Below are positions 1-12,796 of a DNA stretch of 64,000 nt, one piece after another. The notes under the pieces were generated by a model. It saw nothing but the letters and a program-made list of their open reading frames with translations. It searched no databases and had not been told where the DNA came from. This DNA comes from Psammoneis japonica (Eukaryota). The number at the start of each line of letters is the position of its first letter. The stretch's first letter is position 1. The position numbers were made by a program, and so were the translations under genes. Location of the stretch: the NCBI GenBank assembly GCA_008632985.1, contig QPGO01000285.1:1-64000 (forward strand). Direction: 5' to 3'.

Positions 1-548
1 AGGGTGCAAAATTGCCAAGGGTGCAAGACAGCCAAGGGCTCAAAATCACAAAGGGTGCAAAATGGCAGCAAAAGGTGCAAAGTCAAAAATGGCGCAAAAT
101 GGCCAAGGGCGCAAAAAACGCCAATGGCACAAAATGACCAAGGGTGCAAGACAGCCAAGGGCTCAAAATCACAAAGGGCGCAAAATGGCGCAATGGGGTG
201 CCAAATCACAAAGGGCACAAAATGGCCAAGGGCGCAAAATGGCCAAGGGCTCAAAATCACAAAGGGTGCAAAATGGCAGCAAAGGGTGCAAAATCACAAA
301 GGGTGCAAAAAGGCCAAAGGTGCAAAATCACAAAGGGTGCAAAATCACAGTGGGCAAAAAATGGCAACAAAGGGTGCAAAATCACAAATGGCACAAAAAG
401 GCCAAGAGCTCAAAATCACAAAGGGCACAAAATGGCCAAGGGCTCAAAATCACAAAGGGTGCAAAATGGTGGCAAAGGGCACAAAATCACAAAGGGTGCA
501 AAATGGTGGCAAAGGGTGCAAAATCACAAAGGGCACAAAATCACAAAG

Positions 549-685
549 GGCGGGTTCCAACCCCAGGCAGGACTTGGTGTGACATTGGCCATGCGAGCTC
601 CGCAGCAAACTTCTGCTGCAATGAAAATGCGAATGATCGCCAACAGGAAAAGAGGCAATTTTGCGAACGCATCTCCTCCTTGGAA
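549..685 (+). mobile_element. MITE family, truncated copy (left end only)
   Basis: GGCGGGTTCCAACCCCAGGCAGGACTTGGTGTGACATTGG matches the left end of the full copies; no right TIR. Confidence 0.75.
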
Positions 686-1010
686 TGGCCAAGGGCGCAA
701 AATCACAAAGGGTGCAAAGTGACAAATGGCGCAAAATGGCAGCAAAGGGTGCAAAATCACAAATGGTGCAAAATCACAAAGGGTGCAAAATGGCCAAGGG
801 CGCAAAATCACAAAGGGCGCAAATTTGCCAAGGGTGCAAGACATCCAAGGGCTCAAAATCACAAAGGGCGCAATGTGGCGGCAAAGGGTGCAAAGTCACA
901 AAGGGCGCGAAATGGCCAAGAGCTCAAAATCACAAAGGGCGCAAAATGGTCAAGGGCTCAAAATCACAACTGGTGCAAAATGGCGGCAAAGGGTGCAAAA
1001 TGGCCAAGGG

Positions 1011-1176
1011 TGAATGAGCGCTGATGTGCTGTCACAAACATGGGCAGCTCATGTGCTGTTGGCGATTGGCCCACTGCCGCTTGTTTGGTGGCCCCGGCAG
1101 CATGACATCTCACAATTCCAGAACTTGTTGACGCTGTCCAACACTCTGTCTTGCCTTGCACCCAATTCTCAGCTGT
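1011..1176 (+). repeat. Truncated copy of the copia-1 LTR, part of a local duplication (~830-1176 vs ~1240-1960)
   Basis: Nearly identical to 1797-1962, including the upstream satellite junction CCAAGGG|TGAATGAGCG. Confidence 0.85.
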
Positions 1177-1327
1177 GGAAAGGGCACAAAATCACAAATG
1201 GCACAAAGTGGCCAAGGGCAAAAAACACAAATGGCACAAAATGACCAATGGCGCAAGACATCCAAGGGCTCAAAATCACAAAGGGCGCAAAATGGCAGCA
1301 AAGGGTGCAAAATCACAAAGGGCGCGA

Positions 1328-1692
1328 GACACGTTCCAGACGCAGGCGGGAATCCGTGTGACATTGGGCCCGCAGAATTCTGCGTGCGAGCTCCGCACTA
1401 AAATCACACGGCAATTAAAATGTCAATGATCGCCAACAGAAAATGAGGCAATTTTGCGAACGCACAAACTTGCCCAGTTGCACTCTTCAGACATTGAAGA
1501 GTGCAGCTGGTGCGTTGTTGTTTCTGTAAATTCGTCACATGAAACATCTGGGGCTTCACAAAACAGCGAGTCTGGACAATTTTTTTAAAATGCCACACGT
1601 AGAAATGTGCATGCGAAACATGCGACGGATGACAAAAATTGTTTGTGTCACACGTCAGCACTGCGAGCTCCCACCCAGGGCTGGAACGCGTC
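1328..1692 (+). mobile_element. MITE (non-autonomous DNA transposon), TIR GAC(A/G)CGTTCCAG...CTGGAACGCGTC, 4-bp TSD
   Basis: Terminal inverted repeats; flanks GCGA / ACGA; an empty-site paralogue (GGGCGCGAAATGG) lies at ~903-915. Confidence 0.85.
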
Positions 1693-2499
1693 ACGAAATG
1701 GCCAAGAGCTCAAAATCGCAAAGGGTGCAAAATGGTCAAGGGCTCAAAATCACAGCCAGTGCAAAATGGCGGCAAAGGGTGCAAAATGGCCAAGGGTGAA
1801 TGAGCGCTGATGTGCTGTCACGAACATGGGCAGTTTGTGTGCTGTTGGCGATTGGCCCACTGCCGCTTGTTTGGTGGCCCCGGCAGCATGACATCTCACA
1901 ATTCCAGAACTTGTTGACGCTGTTCAACACTCTGTCTTGTCTTGCACCCAATTCTCAGCTGTCATGGTGGCATTTGCTTGCACTTTGTCAGAGCCAATGT
2001 GCTGTGATGTTCATTGCCTGGAATGGGCATTGCAAATGGTGCGACGGTGTCATTGCGATAGATTGTTTTTTGCGGCAAAGGCCATGTTGGTCCCGTGGTT
2101 GCTCGCGCAATCGCTGAGTCCTTTGCGCACATCAATGTTCATGGACATGAATGATGCGCTCTTGCAGATCAGAGCTGTGATCCGTCAGACATGATGTCAG
2201 TGGACGGTTGGCCAAGACACACAAACATTCGTGATGAAGACAACACAATGATTCATGTGTTGAGGTCTGTCATTTGACCATGTGCGTTTGGCTGACCAAA
2301 ATGCATTGTCAAATTGTTCAGACACTGTGCATGTGGGCACATGTCTGTTGGAAACCATTGCTGAGGTGTGACACCACCTGCTCGCGGGTTTGCCAAGTGG
2401 AAGCTGCCAAATTGGCATGAGAGCCACACATTTTTCTCACTTTCCTCCACTCACACAAGTGGATGCTCACACGTTGAAACGCGAGTGACTGCTCACACA

Positions 2500-4398
2500 C
2501 CATGGCCGCTGCTGCAGCCTTCACCGCTTGTCTTGTGCATTGTGGACACAGTGCACAGGCGCACACCCACACAGCCGGTCAAGGCTTTGCTGCCATTCAG
2601 GACTTGGAACAGGTCCCTTTGGCAGAGATTGCTGCCGTGACTGAGGGCCCACACAGCCAGCCAAGGCTTTGCTGCCATTCAGGACTTGGAGCAGGTCCCT
2701 TTGGCAGAGATTGCTGCCATGACTGAGGGCATTGTGAAGAGCGTGGATGCCGCCGCTGACCCCCAAGTCTGCTTCCCATGCCTGGCGAATTGCAAGTTCA
2801 AGGCACTGCGCGCATGGATTGACTGCCGCAGAGCCCGGAACCAACAGCCGACTGCTGCTCTCTTTGCTGGCAACGTCATTGGGAAAAGGACGGCACGTCT
2901 CACAGAGTTGGAGCCACTCAAGTCAGCAGACTCGGATGACGAATCGGCTTCCAAGACGGCCGCGGAACTCAAGAATCTGTGTGACTGGCCTGCCTTCCAA
3001 GAGTTGCTGGACGCGTTCCAGCCCTGGGTGGGACTCCGTGTGACATTGGGCCTGCAGAATTCCACGCACAAGCTCCGCAGCACAAGAATTTGATCAATGG
3101 ACACATTTGTCTTCAACATCAAATGAACGGCCAAGTTTGTGGTGCAATTGCACCTCTTGCCACTCAACGTTTTTGCAAATGCACCTGCACTGCACGATTC
3201 TTAAGACATTGCAGAATTGCGCTGCAACAAAACATGTCAAAAGTTTTTGGACGGATCGCTTGACAAGTGCACCGTAAAATGACACAAAATGTCAAAAAAT
3301 CACATGGAATTCTACGTGCGTGACATGCAACGAGATTCAAAAAACTGTCGATGTCACAGCTCAGCAGTGCGAGGTCCCACCTGGACCTGGAACGCGTCAC
3401 TGGAGACCGAACTGTGCCACCACCACAGTGCAGTTGCCGGCACACCCCTCATCCACTCAATTGGGGAGCACGAAGATGTCACTGCCAAAATGTTGGCTGC
3501 CACCTGCACTGCCATTGACGAACACCTCATTGCCACTGCTCGACTTGCAGGAGCTCAGCATGCACAGGATGGGCAACGCCTGCATGACCTCTTGAAGAAG
3601 TCAGTGACAGGGGGGCCCAGATGGGCTTTTGTCAAACCTTCCAATCGCAATCATGATGGTTGCACTGCTTTCTTTGCACTCAAGAGGCAGGCAGAAGGAT
3701 CGGCTGCCGCCACTGCTTGAAAGAACCGTGCTTGTGCACAGATTGCTGCTGCGAAGCACACCGGACGGGGTCAATTTACTTTCAACCAGTGCACTCAACG
3801 CCATCAAAAGGCTCACAACAACTTGTCCGAGCTTGATGAGCCGGCAGCCAAGACCAAGCAGGTCTCTGACTTTCTCAAAGGTGTCTCTGACCCCAGGTTG
3901 GAAACTGGCAAGAGTGCAGTTGACGGAGACCCGACAAAGCCAGTGGATTTTGAGGCATGCCAGCAGTGCATGAAGACTCTGGCAGAGAATGCCAAGAACC
4001 GCAATGCTGACACTCGTGGAATGGCGTCTGTCCAATGCCGCAGCAGCTGGCGTGGAAACCCTGGTGGCAAACACCAACCTAAAAAGGACAAGCCCGGGAT
4101 CAGGGCAGGCTGTCATCCTGTTGAAGAGTGGAGTGCTCTTGACAGTCCTGAGCAAGAGCAAGTCAAGAAGCTCCGCAAGGCCAAGAAAGCCGAGAAGAAA
4201 CGCAAAGCAGCAGCTGCATCCTTGGAGGCTGAGTCGGCCAATGCCGAAACTTGCGCTGTCAAGAAGGTGGCTGTTGCTGAGCCTGAACCCAAACCTGCTG
4301 ACAAACAAAAGGACTCCGAAGAGTCCAGCAAACCTGCTGCCAATGCAGGCACGCAGTTTGGATGCAGCACCCATGAGAAACCTCAGAAGGAGGAATGA
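2500..4398 (+). pseudogene. copia-1 gag remnant (split by the MITE at 3010-3398; ~80-bp tandem duplication at ~2576-2730)
   Basis: Segments WPAFQELL..., GTPLIHSIGEHE, FFALKRQAEG, KQVSDFLKGVSDPRLE resemble diatom copia gag; in-frame TGA at ~3718. Confidence 0.7.
3010..3398 (+). mobile_element. MITE copy inserted in copia-1 gag
   Basis: GACGCGTTCCAG...CTGGAACGCGTC perfect 12-bp TIR core; flanks GCTG / ACTG. Confidence 0.9.
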
Positions 4399-4479
4399 AT
4401 GGCAGCGCCAGCACTGAAAGGCATGGAGCCGACTGTTGCCAAACCTGCTGGCACCACACGTTGTTCATCCAGGCAATTC

Positions 4480-6890
4480 TCAAAGGATGTGCACATCTCT
4501 TTGTCATTTTCTGGACATTCAGATGGCAAAGCAACCAATGATTTGGACTCACACACTGACACGTGTGCTGTTGGATCCAATTTTGCAATGTGCTCTGACG
4601 TCATCACCCCTGAGATGGGAGCCTTCTGCTGATGCCATGGCACAAAAGGAGGAAGCGCACGCACATGCTGGTGTGCGCCAGCGATCATTGAAGTCTGATG
4701 GACAGGCAACAATGATGAATGTGACCAGGTGCATTGCTTCAATTCATTCACATCAAATGTCTCATCATGAAGAGAACGTCATTGTGGACACTGACGACGA
4801 CAATTCTCTGCATCACCGCCTGGTTGCTCAGGTGAATGTCTCCCACAACGACATTGAGGGAGACGGGCTGCACGACCGGCATGACCCAGATGTCCACCCG
4901 GACTGCAGAAATGGGTGCATGCACTGTCAACCTTGAGTTGTGCATCGACTGTCACACCCGAGATGCTCTCCAAGAGGTGGAACATTGGCCTGACGGCCGC
5001 TGAGAACACCCTTGGAGTGATGACCCAGGCAGGGGTCTGCAATGTCTGCACACCATCAGAGCGGAAAGTCTGGAAGAAAGCCCCCTCTGGCCAGATGTTT
5101 TTGAAGGTCAAATCGATGTGTGGCAAGACAGGAGGAAGTGCACTTGCCAACGGAAGAGGGTGTGACAGGTTCTGTCCTTGGAAAAGGAAACAGGACCACC
5201 CGAATGCCGTCATGTCATTTGTGCATGACGTTGGTGCACCGCAAGTCCTTGTGTCGGATGGCGCGCCGGAAATGGCAGAAGGCCAGACCAAGGACATTTG
5301 CAAGGAACACAGGATGCACCAGGAGGTGTCCACCCCATGCAGCCCCTGGCAGAACCTGGCCGAGGCATCCATTCCTGAGTTGAAGAAGAGAAAAAAAACT
5401 CGAAATCCACTTTGCCGCTGCCTCGCTGCTGCCCACACCAACACCGACCACAGCAGACCCACACCCCCCAGTGCCCACAAAGGGCAGCAGGGACAATTTA
5501 AACACCGTTGAATGTTGTCAGAAAGACAGTGCCATTGGCGCATTGTCCGAAGGCAGCACCGTTAACACATCGTCAGAAAGAGGCTGTTTGTTTTAAGTCA
5601 GAATGGCAGCTGACCGGATGCTTGTTGCATGGCAACCACAGTTGCTGTGCCTCAAAGAATGGACAAGCCCAGCCACACCACTTGGAAGACACCAAAACAA
5701 ACGCTGCAGAAAAACCAAACATGTGTCTGTCTTCAAAGACAACATGCTTGAAGAGATGTGAGAGAGATTCCTGGGATGAAAAAACACCCAAGAAAGTCCA
5801 ACACGGACCCCAACGAAGGAAAAGGAAATGATGTTCAGAATTGTCGGATGAAATTTCCGTCATGCATGGAATTGTGCAGAAATTGTGTGCTGAAGTTGCA
5901 ACATCGAAGAGCATGAAGAAGCAACACCGAGACTTGGAACTGCGAACCACTTGGAAGACTTGTGACAACCCACTTTGGAACACCGTAGAACATCCATCAC
6001 ATGTTGCAGCACATTGGAGAGAAAACTCAAAGGAAGCATGTTGGTGAGAAGAACAAGAGGATGAACCTCACATGGTTGTCGACTTGAAATTCTGGCCAAA
6101 TGCGTGGAATTGCACACGAAACTTGTGCTGAAATGGCTGACTTGAAAATTGCTGAATCGTGCAGAATTTAATGCAGAAAACATGCTGACATTGGGAAAGA
6201 AGTGCAAAGAGATGCAACACCATGGCGGCGCTGCTCCCCCGGATGCAGACAAAACAGAGTGTCCCCTCCGATGTCTTTTGGTTTCTCTGTCATTGGCACA
6301 ACTGCCTGACGCCCCAAAGTGCCCGAGGAGGTTGGCACACCACCACACTCTCACACAGGACAATCCCACGGGCGCTTGCGTGGAATTGTGAGTTGAAGAA
6401 GAGAGCCCGCATGACTCCACGCCGGACTGGCACTCACAGGTGACTTTGGCCCCAAAGTGCCAAATGGGCATGTGATGTCCGATGCATGATTGCAACTGTC
6501 ATGTCAGACATGGGAGGACGAGTCCCAGAAGAAGAGGTGACAGGTTCAACACCCAATGTTTCGTCCCTCTCTCTCTCTTTGATTGGCATCAACCTGTCCA
6601 CTGTTGCATGCCTGTGGTGGAGTTCCCACATGAGAAGAAGTGCATCGGCCGTTGGCTCAGAGTGGCTGACAACTGCACTGACAATGTGGCATTTGTTGTC
6701 CTGCCCGAATCAGGCAGACCCATCATTCGGAAAGATGCACGGGCCATGCCGGAGGATGACCTTAAAACTGTGGCGATCCAAACAGATCTTGCATCAGTTG
6801 ATCAGGCTTTGATCAAACGGCTCAACATCCTGGAACAGGGCGCCAATGCTGACTTCCCTGAACTCCCTGACAACTTCATGGACAAATGAT
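4480..6890 (+). pseudogene. copia-1 protease + integrase remnant (interrupted at 5392-6388)
   Basis: LDSHTDTCAVGSN (aspartic protease motif), VTPEMLSKRWNIGL, VGAPQVLVSDGAPE, PCSPWQNLAEASI, FPHEKKCIGRWL. Confidence 0.8.
5392..6388. mobile_element. Unclassified ~1-kb insertion flanked by a 16-bp direct repeat
   Basis: TGAGTTGAAGAAGAGA at 5376-5391 and 6389-6404; integrase homology stops and resumes at these repeats. Confidence 0.65.
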
Positions 6891-6899
6891 GCGATGCTG

Positions 6900-8600
6900 T
6901 TGAACCCGTGGAACCTGACTCTTCCAAACCAGAAGCTGATGAGTGTGCCCCGGAGGGGCTGGATGAACACCTCACAGCTCAAGTCATGTTGCCACGAGGA
7001 GGCAAGCTGACTCATGCCAGGGTTGTTGCACGCAAACGAGATGGCGGCGGGGCTCCCATTGGTGCTGGGAATGCCTCACAGCTCAAGTCATGTTGCCACG
7101 AGGAGGCAAGCTGACTCAAGCCAGGGTTGTTGCATGCAAACAAGATGGCGGCGGGGCTCCCGTTGGCGCTGGGAATGACAACCCTGTCCCAGACTCGAGG
7201 ACATGCAATGTGGAGTTTCCTGATGGATCCACTGATTCCTGTGCTGCTGACGCAATTGCAAAGAACCCATTTGCTCAGACAGACTCTGAAGGGAATGCCT
7301 GCCAGGTTGTGAAGGAGACAGTCGATCACCGATGTGATGCCCGTGCCGCAACGGCTGATGACGGGCACACAATGACTGAGACTGGCAGGCGTGCTCCCAG
7401 GAGGATGACGGCAGACTGGGACCCACAAGTCAAATGGAAGGATGGGACTGCATCCTGGGCTCCCCTCAAAGATTTGAAGGAATCCAATCTAGTCGAGGTT
7501 GCTGAGCACGCTGTGGCAAACGAGGCAGCCAGCGAACCAGCTGTTGACTGGTGGGTCCGAGACATCTTGCATCGCAGGTCAAGGATCCTGAAGAAAGTCA
7601 AGTCGCGTCACTGGAAACGCACGCACAAGCTCGGAATTGAACTCCCAAAATCTGTTGAGGAAGCTGTGGAAACAGACAACAGAGTGAGGACTGACTTCAG
7701 GTTCAAGGCTGTTGAGGAGGAAATGCGCAACATCATGCCTGCATTTGAGTTCAGCGATGATGACACTGCACCGGTCGGGTGCAAACACATTGATTGTCAT
7801 GTGATCTTTGACATCAAGAGTGCCCTCCAACGCAAAGCAAGGTTCGTGGCCAGAGGCCATCAAACCAATCCACCCAAGGAATTGACTTGTTCCAGTGTGG
7901 TGTCGCGTGACAGCACTGGGATGGCATTCACTGTGGCAGCTCTGAATTGCCTGGAGGTCCTGAGTGCAGACGTTCAGAGCACCCACTTGAACGCACACAC
8001 TGAGGAAAAGTGTCATGCTGCTGCTGGCCTGGAATTTGGGAAGCACAACAAGGGAAGGCCGGCGATTGTTGTCCGAGACTTGTGTGGTCTCAAGTCTTCA
8101 GGTGCAAGATTTGGGGAACACATGGCAGCCACTTTGCGCGACACTGGGTTCATGTCTGCATGTGAGCTGCGGTTGAGCCGGACGGCTTCAAGCACTGGGA
8201 GTGCATGCTTGTTTGCGTGGACGACTTGTTGTGCATCTCCCATGAACCTCAGAAGGTCGTGGATCATGTGAGCTCCAGGTGCACACTCAAGGATGGAAGT
8301 GTCTGCGAGACGGAAGAGCACTTGGGCGCCCAGATTAGAAAGCACCAGTTGTCTGAATCGGACGGCGAGACATGCTGGGCTGTGTCCTCTGACCTTTGTG
8401 TCAAAAGGGCATTGGCTGATGTTGAGTTGGAGCTCAAGAAAACTGACAGGCGCCTTCTGATGAAGGCGTCAACGCCCTTGAGCTTGGGACACAGGCCTGA
8501 ACTGGATGGCTCACCTGAGGTGAACACCAAAACTGCCAGCTGCTGCCAAGGCCTCATTTGTGTGCTGCGATGGGCAGTTGAGCCAGGGCCCACTTGGCAG
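6900..8600 (+). pseudogene. copia-1 pol: pre-RT region + reverse transcriptase remnant (RNase H apparently deleted)
   Basis: VKWKDGTASWAPLKDLKES, KSRHWKRTHKLGIELPKSV, RKARFVARGH, TCSSVVSRDS, ADVQSTHLNA, LCGLKSSGA, LVCVDDLLCIS (YVDD read as CVDD); ~104-bp tandem duplication at ~6970-7175. Confidence 0.92.
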
Positions 8601-9321
8601 TGCCAGGAGTTGTCCTGTGGTGAGTCCCAAAAGGGGACAAACCGAGCAGGTTTGCCCCGCAGGTGCATCTTTTCCCACCCCCAGAATGAAAATGCCGCCC
8701 TGGGACGGGGCAGCATCAGGTTGCATTTGTCCATCAATCTGGCCCAAGCGGAGCTGGCATCAATTCAAGGGGGCTGAATGAATCCTGACATGCTGTCACG
8801 AACATGGGCAGTTTGTGTGCTGTTGGCAATTGGTCCACTGTCTCTCATTTGGTGGCCCTGGCAGCGCAGCATCTCACAATTCTGGAACCTGTTGATGCTG
8901 CTCAACACTCTGTCTGGTCTTGCACCCAACCATTGGCTGTCATGGCAGAATTCACTCAAGGGCACAAAATCACAAAGGGCGCAAAATCACAAAGGGCACA
9001 AAATGGCCAAGGGCGCAAAATCACAAAGGGCAAAAAATCACAAAGGGCACAAAATGACCAAGGGCACAAGACAGCCAAGGGCTCAAAATCACAAAGGGCA
9101 CAAAATGGTGGCAAAAATCACAAATGGCACAAGATGGCCAAGAGCTCAAAATCACAAAGGGCGCAAAATGGACAAGGGCGCAAAATGGTGGCAAAGGGTG
9201 CAAAATGGTGGCAAAGGGCACAAAATTGCAAAGGGTGCAAAATGATGGCAAAGGGTGCAAAATCACAAAGGGTGCAAAATGGCCAAGGGCGCACAACCAC
9301 AAAGGGTGCAAAATCACAAAG

Positions 9322-9717
9322 GACAGGTTCCAGCCCCAGGTGGGACTCGGTGTGACATTGGGCCCGCTGAATTCTGTGCTTGAGCTCCACAGCAAATTTG
9401 TGCTGCAATGAAAATGTGAATGATCACCAACAGAAAAAGAGGCAATTTTGCGAGCACATCTCCTCTTTCATGCTTGGAGCACATCATTGGCAGTTGCCGG
9501 GGTGTGTTCTGCAGACATTGAAGAACATGCCCAGCGCATTTTCATTCTCACAAATGTCGAAAATGGAGAGCCTCTGGCTTTGCAAAACAGGGAGCATGAA
9601 ACAATTTTGAAGAGTTCAGCAAGTGGAAATGCACGTGCACGACATGCAACACGATCCAAAAAACCATTGATGTCACAGTGCAGCAGCACGAGGTCCCACC
9701 TGGAGCTGGAGCACATC
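9322..9717 (+). mobile_element. MITE copy
   Basis: GACAGGTTCCAGCCCCAGGTGGGAC...GTCCCACCTGGAGCTGGAGCACATC; flanks AAAG / AAAT. Confidence 0.85.
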
Positions 9718-10659
9718 AAATGGCGCAAAATGGTGGCAAAGGGTGCAAAATCACAAAATGGCACAAAATCACAAAGGGTGCAAAATTGCAAAGGGTGCAA
9801 GACAGCCAAGGGCTCAAAACTGCAAAGGGCGCAAAATGGCGGCAGAGGGGGCAAAGTCCCAAAGGGCGCAAAATGGCCAAGGGTGCAAAGTCCCAAAGGG
9901 CGCAAAATGGCGGCAAAGGGTGCAAAATCACAAATGGCGCAAAATGGACAAGAGCTCAAAATCACAAAGGGGGCAAAATGGCTGAGGGCTCAAAGTCACA
10001 AAGGGTGCAAAATGGCAGAGCAAAGGGTGCAAAATGGCCAAGGGCACAAAATCAAAAAGGGCTCAAAATGGTGGCAAAGGGTGCAAAATGACGTGGGGCG
10101 CAAAATCACAAAGGGTGCAAAATGGCAGCAAAGGGTGCAAAATGACAAAGGGCACAAAATCAAAAAGGGCTCAAAATGGCGGCAAAGGGTGCAAAATGAC
10201 AAAGGGTGCAAAATGGCGGCAAAGTGTGCATGATGACAAAGGGCACAACATCACAAATGGCACAAAGTGGCCAAGGGCGCAAAATCACACATGGCACAAA
10301 ATGACCAAGGGCGCAAGACAGCCAAGGGCTCAAAACCACAAATGGCGCAAAATGGCCAAGGGCGCAAAATGACAAAGGGTGCAAAATGGCGGCAAAGGGC
10401 ACAAAATGGCCAAGGGTGCAAAATCACAAAGGGTGCAAAATGGCCAAGGGCACAAAATCACAAAATGCGCAAAATCACAAAGGGCACAAAATGACCAAGG
10501 GCTTGAGATGGCCAAGGGCGCAAAATTGCAAAGGGTGCAAAATGGCAGCAAAGGGCGCAAAATCACAATGGGCAAAAAATGGCCAAGGGTGCAAAATCAC
10601 AAAGGGCGCAAAATGGCGGCAAACGGTGCAAAATCACAAAGGGTGCAAAATGACAAAGG

Positions 10660-11217
10660 GACGTGTTCCAGCTGCATGTGAGCCAAATCGTGCACAAGAA
10701 CAACATTTGCGCAATTTTTGTGTGCCCCCCCAACTTGCGATCGATCTTTCACCACCAAAAGCACAGATTTGCAGAGGTGCAAATGTGTTTTGCAACACTG
10801 ACAAGACTTGCATGAGTGCTTCAATGTTGTTGTCATTGCGCCATCTGTGTTTTTCATTGTGGTGAAAGATTTGCAGCACAGCAGATGATTTTTGGCAAAA
10901 ATGTTGCCATCATTTGGGTGTCACCCAAACACGTCTTTCTGCAGTGCCACTTGGTGGGTTTTCTGCCTGTGAAGAAATCTCGCTGCAAATCTGCTGATGT
11001 GCAATCAGCGCTGAGTCCACTGAGGAAGTTTGTGATGCATGTCCCATGAGGACTTGAATGCCCCTCAAAAAAATGTTCAAATGTTCATGCTCCAGAAGCC
11101 CACAAGAGTCAATCCATCCAAGCATTTTGTGCGAAAATGCTGCACACACTAAAAGATGCATGAGTTGCGCTCAAAGTGGATTGTCATTTTGTGTGTCACC
11201 TGGCACTGGAGCATGTC
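10660..11217. mobile_element. Related longer MITE (~560 bp) sharing the same TIR core
   Basis: GACGTGTTCCAG...CTGGAGCATGTC; perfect 4-bp TSD AAGG; different interior, with a second inverted copy at 45593-45915. Confidence 0.8.
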
Positions 11218-11723
11218 AAGGGTGCAAAATCACAAAGGGCGCAAAATGGCAGCAAAGGGTGCAAAATCACAAAGGGCACAAAGTGGCCGCAAGGGCGCAA
11301 GATGGTCAAGGGTGCAAAATCACAAAGGGCACAAAATGGTGGCAAAGGGTGCAAAATCACAAAGGGCGCAAAATGGCCAAAGCCACAAAATCACAAAGGG
11401 CGCCAAAATCACAAAGGGCACAAAATGACCAAGGGCTTGTTCAAGTTGGTGCAGTGTGGGTGCTTTTGTCATGGAGAAAGTTTGTGAAATCTCAAAAGTG
11501 GTTGTTGTGTGAGTTTGAGGATGAGTTTCCTGTGCGCGGCAATGGTTTGAAATGAAATGAATGATGAGTTGTGACAGGTTCACAACTGGGTGAAATTGTG
11601 GAATTGCGGGGGTGATTGTCGCGCAAATGGAGCCATTTTGAAAGGCAAATGTTTGATGCATGTTGAGCAGAGCTGCAAACAAGATGCATGTGCAATGCTT
11701 GCAGATGAAATGAGTGTGCTTTT

Positions 11724-12122
11724 GACGTGCTCCAGCTCCAGGTGGGGGACCTCATGCTGCTGAACTGTGACATGATTGTTTTTTGTCATCCGTCGCATGT
11801 TTCACATGTGCATTTCCACGTGTTCTGTTGCAAAAAATTGTTCCACACTGCCTGTTTTGCAAAGCCAAAGGCTCTCTGTTGTCTGCATTCATGACAATGA
11901 AAATGCGCTGGGTGCATTCTTTGATGACTGAAGAGCGCACCTGAGCATGCTGCAAAGATTGTGCTTCAAGTGCAGAGGAGGAGATGCGTTCGCAAAATTG
12001 TCTCTTTCTCTGTTGATGATCATCCATGTGTTCATTGCTTGACAATTTTTTCTGTGGAGCTCCCGCGCAGAATTCTGTGGGCCCAATGTCACAAAAAGTC
12101 CCACCCAGGACTGGAGCCCATC
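11724..12122 (-). mobile_element. MITE copy (inverted)
   Basis: GACGTGCTCCAG...CTGGAGCCCATC; TSD TTTT. Confidence 0.85.
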
Positions 12123-12404
12123 TTTTTTTTGCCTTTTGGATGGCAAGTGGACATGTGCAAATTCAGTGCAGTTGAAACGAAAATGATTTTTTCTGATTTT
12201 TGCAGTGGGAGATTGACACAGGAACAAACAAGAAGGATTGCATGACAGACACCAGCAATCACATGGCAGAGTGAGACCCACCATGAAGAATTGTTGGAAA
12301 GGATCCATCTGCTCCAATGGAGAAGAAGTCCAAATCTGCACAAGCACTCTGACCTGGACGTGTGTTGTTGCGCCAAAATCCAGCGAGCATGAAACTGGAA
12401 TGAC

Positions 12405-12796
12405 GACGGGCTCCAGTCCCAGGTGGGACTCCGTGTGACATTGGGCCCGCAGAATTCTACGTGCGAGCTCCGCAGCACGAGAATTTGACCAATGGACACA
12501 TTTGTCTTCAACATCAAACAAACTGCCAAGTTTGTGGTGCAATTGTGCCTCTTGCCACTCGACGTTTCTGCAAATGCGCCCGCCCTGCGTGATTCTTAAG
12601 ACATTGTAGAATCGCGCTGCAACAAAAAAATGTAAAAAGTTGTTGGACGGATCGCTCAACAAGTGCACCGTAAAATGACACAAAATGTCGAAAAAATCAC
12701 GTAGAAATCTGCGTGCGCGACATGCGACGTGATTCAAAAAAACTGTCGATGTCACAGTTCAGCAGCACGAGGTCCCACCTGGACCTGGAACGCGTC
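12405..12796 (+). mobile_element. MITE copy (least mutated; retains several TA and CG)
   Basis: GACGGGCTCCAG...CTGGAACGCGTC; perfect TSD TGAC; close to the copy at 3010-3398. Confidence 0.92.

Larger units (their letters stand above)
1..1796 (+). repeat. Satellite A array (17-20 bp degenerate units, e.g. AAGGGTGCAAAATCACA / AAGGGCGCAAAATGGCC), interrupted by MITEs and an LTR fragment
   Basis: Continuous repetition of GGG(TG/CA/CG/CT)CAAAAT(CACA/GGCC/GGCAGC) motifs. Confidence 0.95.
1797..8958 (+). mobile_element. Ty1/copia LTR retrotransposon 1 (diatom CoDi-like), degenerate
   Basis: LTRs at 1797-~1982 and 8775-~8958; PBS-like CTTTGTCAGAGCC after the 5' LTR; purine tract AAGGGGG before the 3' LTR; gag-PR-INT-RT order; inserted in satellite A. 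Confidence 0.9.
8958..11436 (+). repeat. Satellite A array (continues after copia-1), with two MITE insertions
   Basis: Same GGG(TG/CA/CG)CAAAAT units. Confidence 0.95.

Noticed and set aside
1..11436. Satellite A ORFs (KITKGAKW/QRVQN repeats) as repetitive proteins, or the array as telomeric repeat
   Set aside because: The frame is not conserved between units, unit lengths vary, and no TTAGGG-type hexamer periodicity is present.
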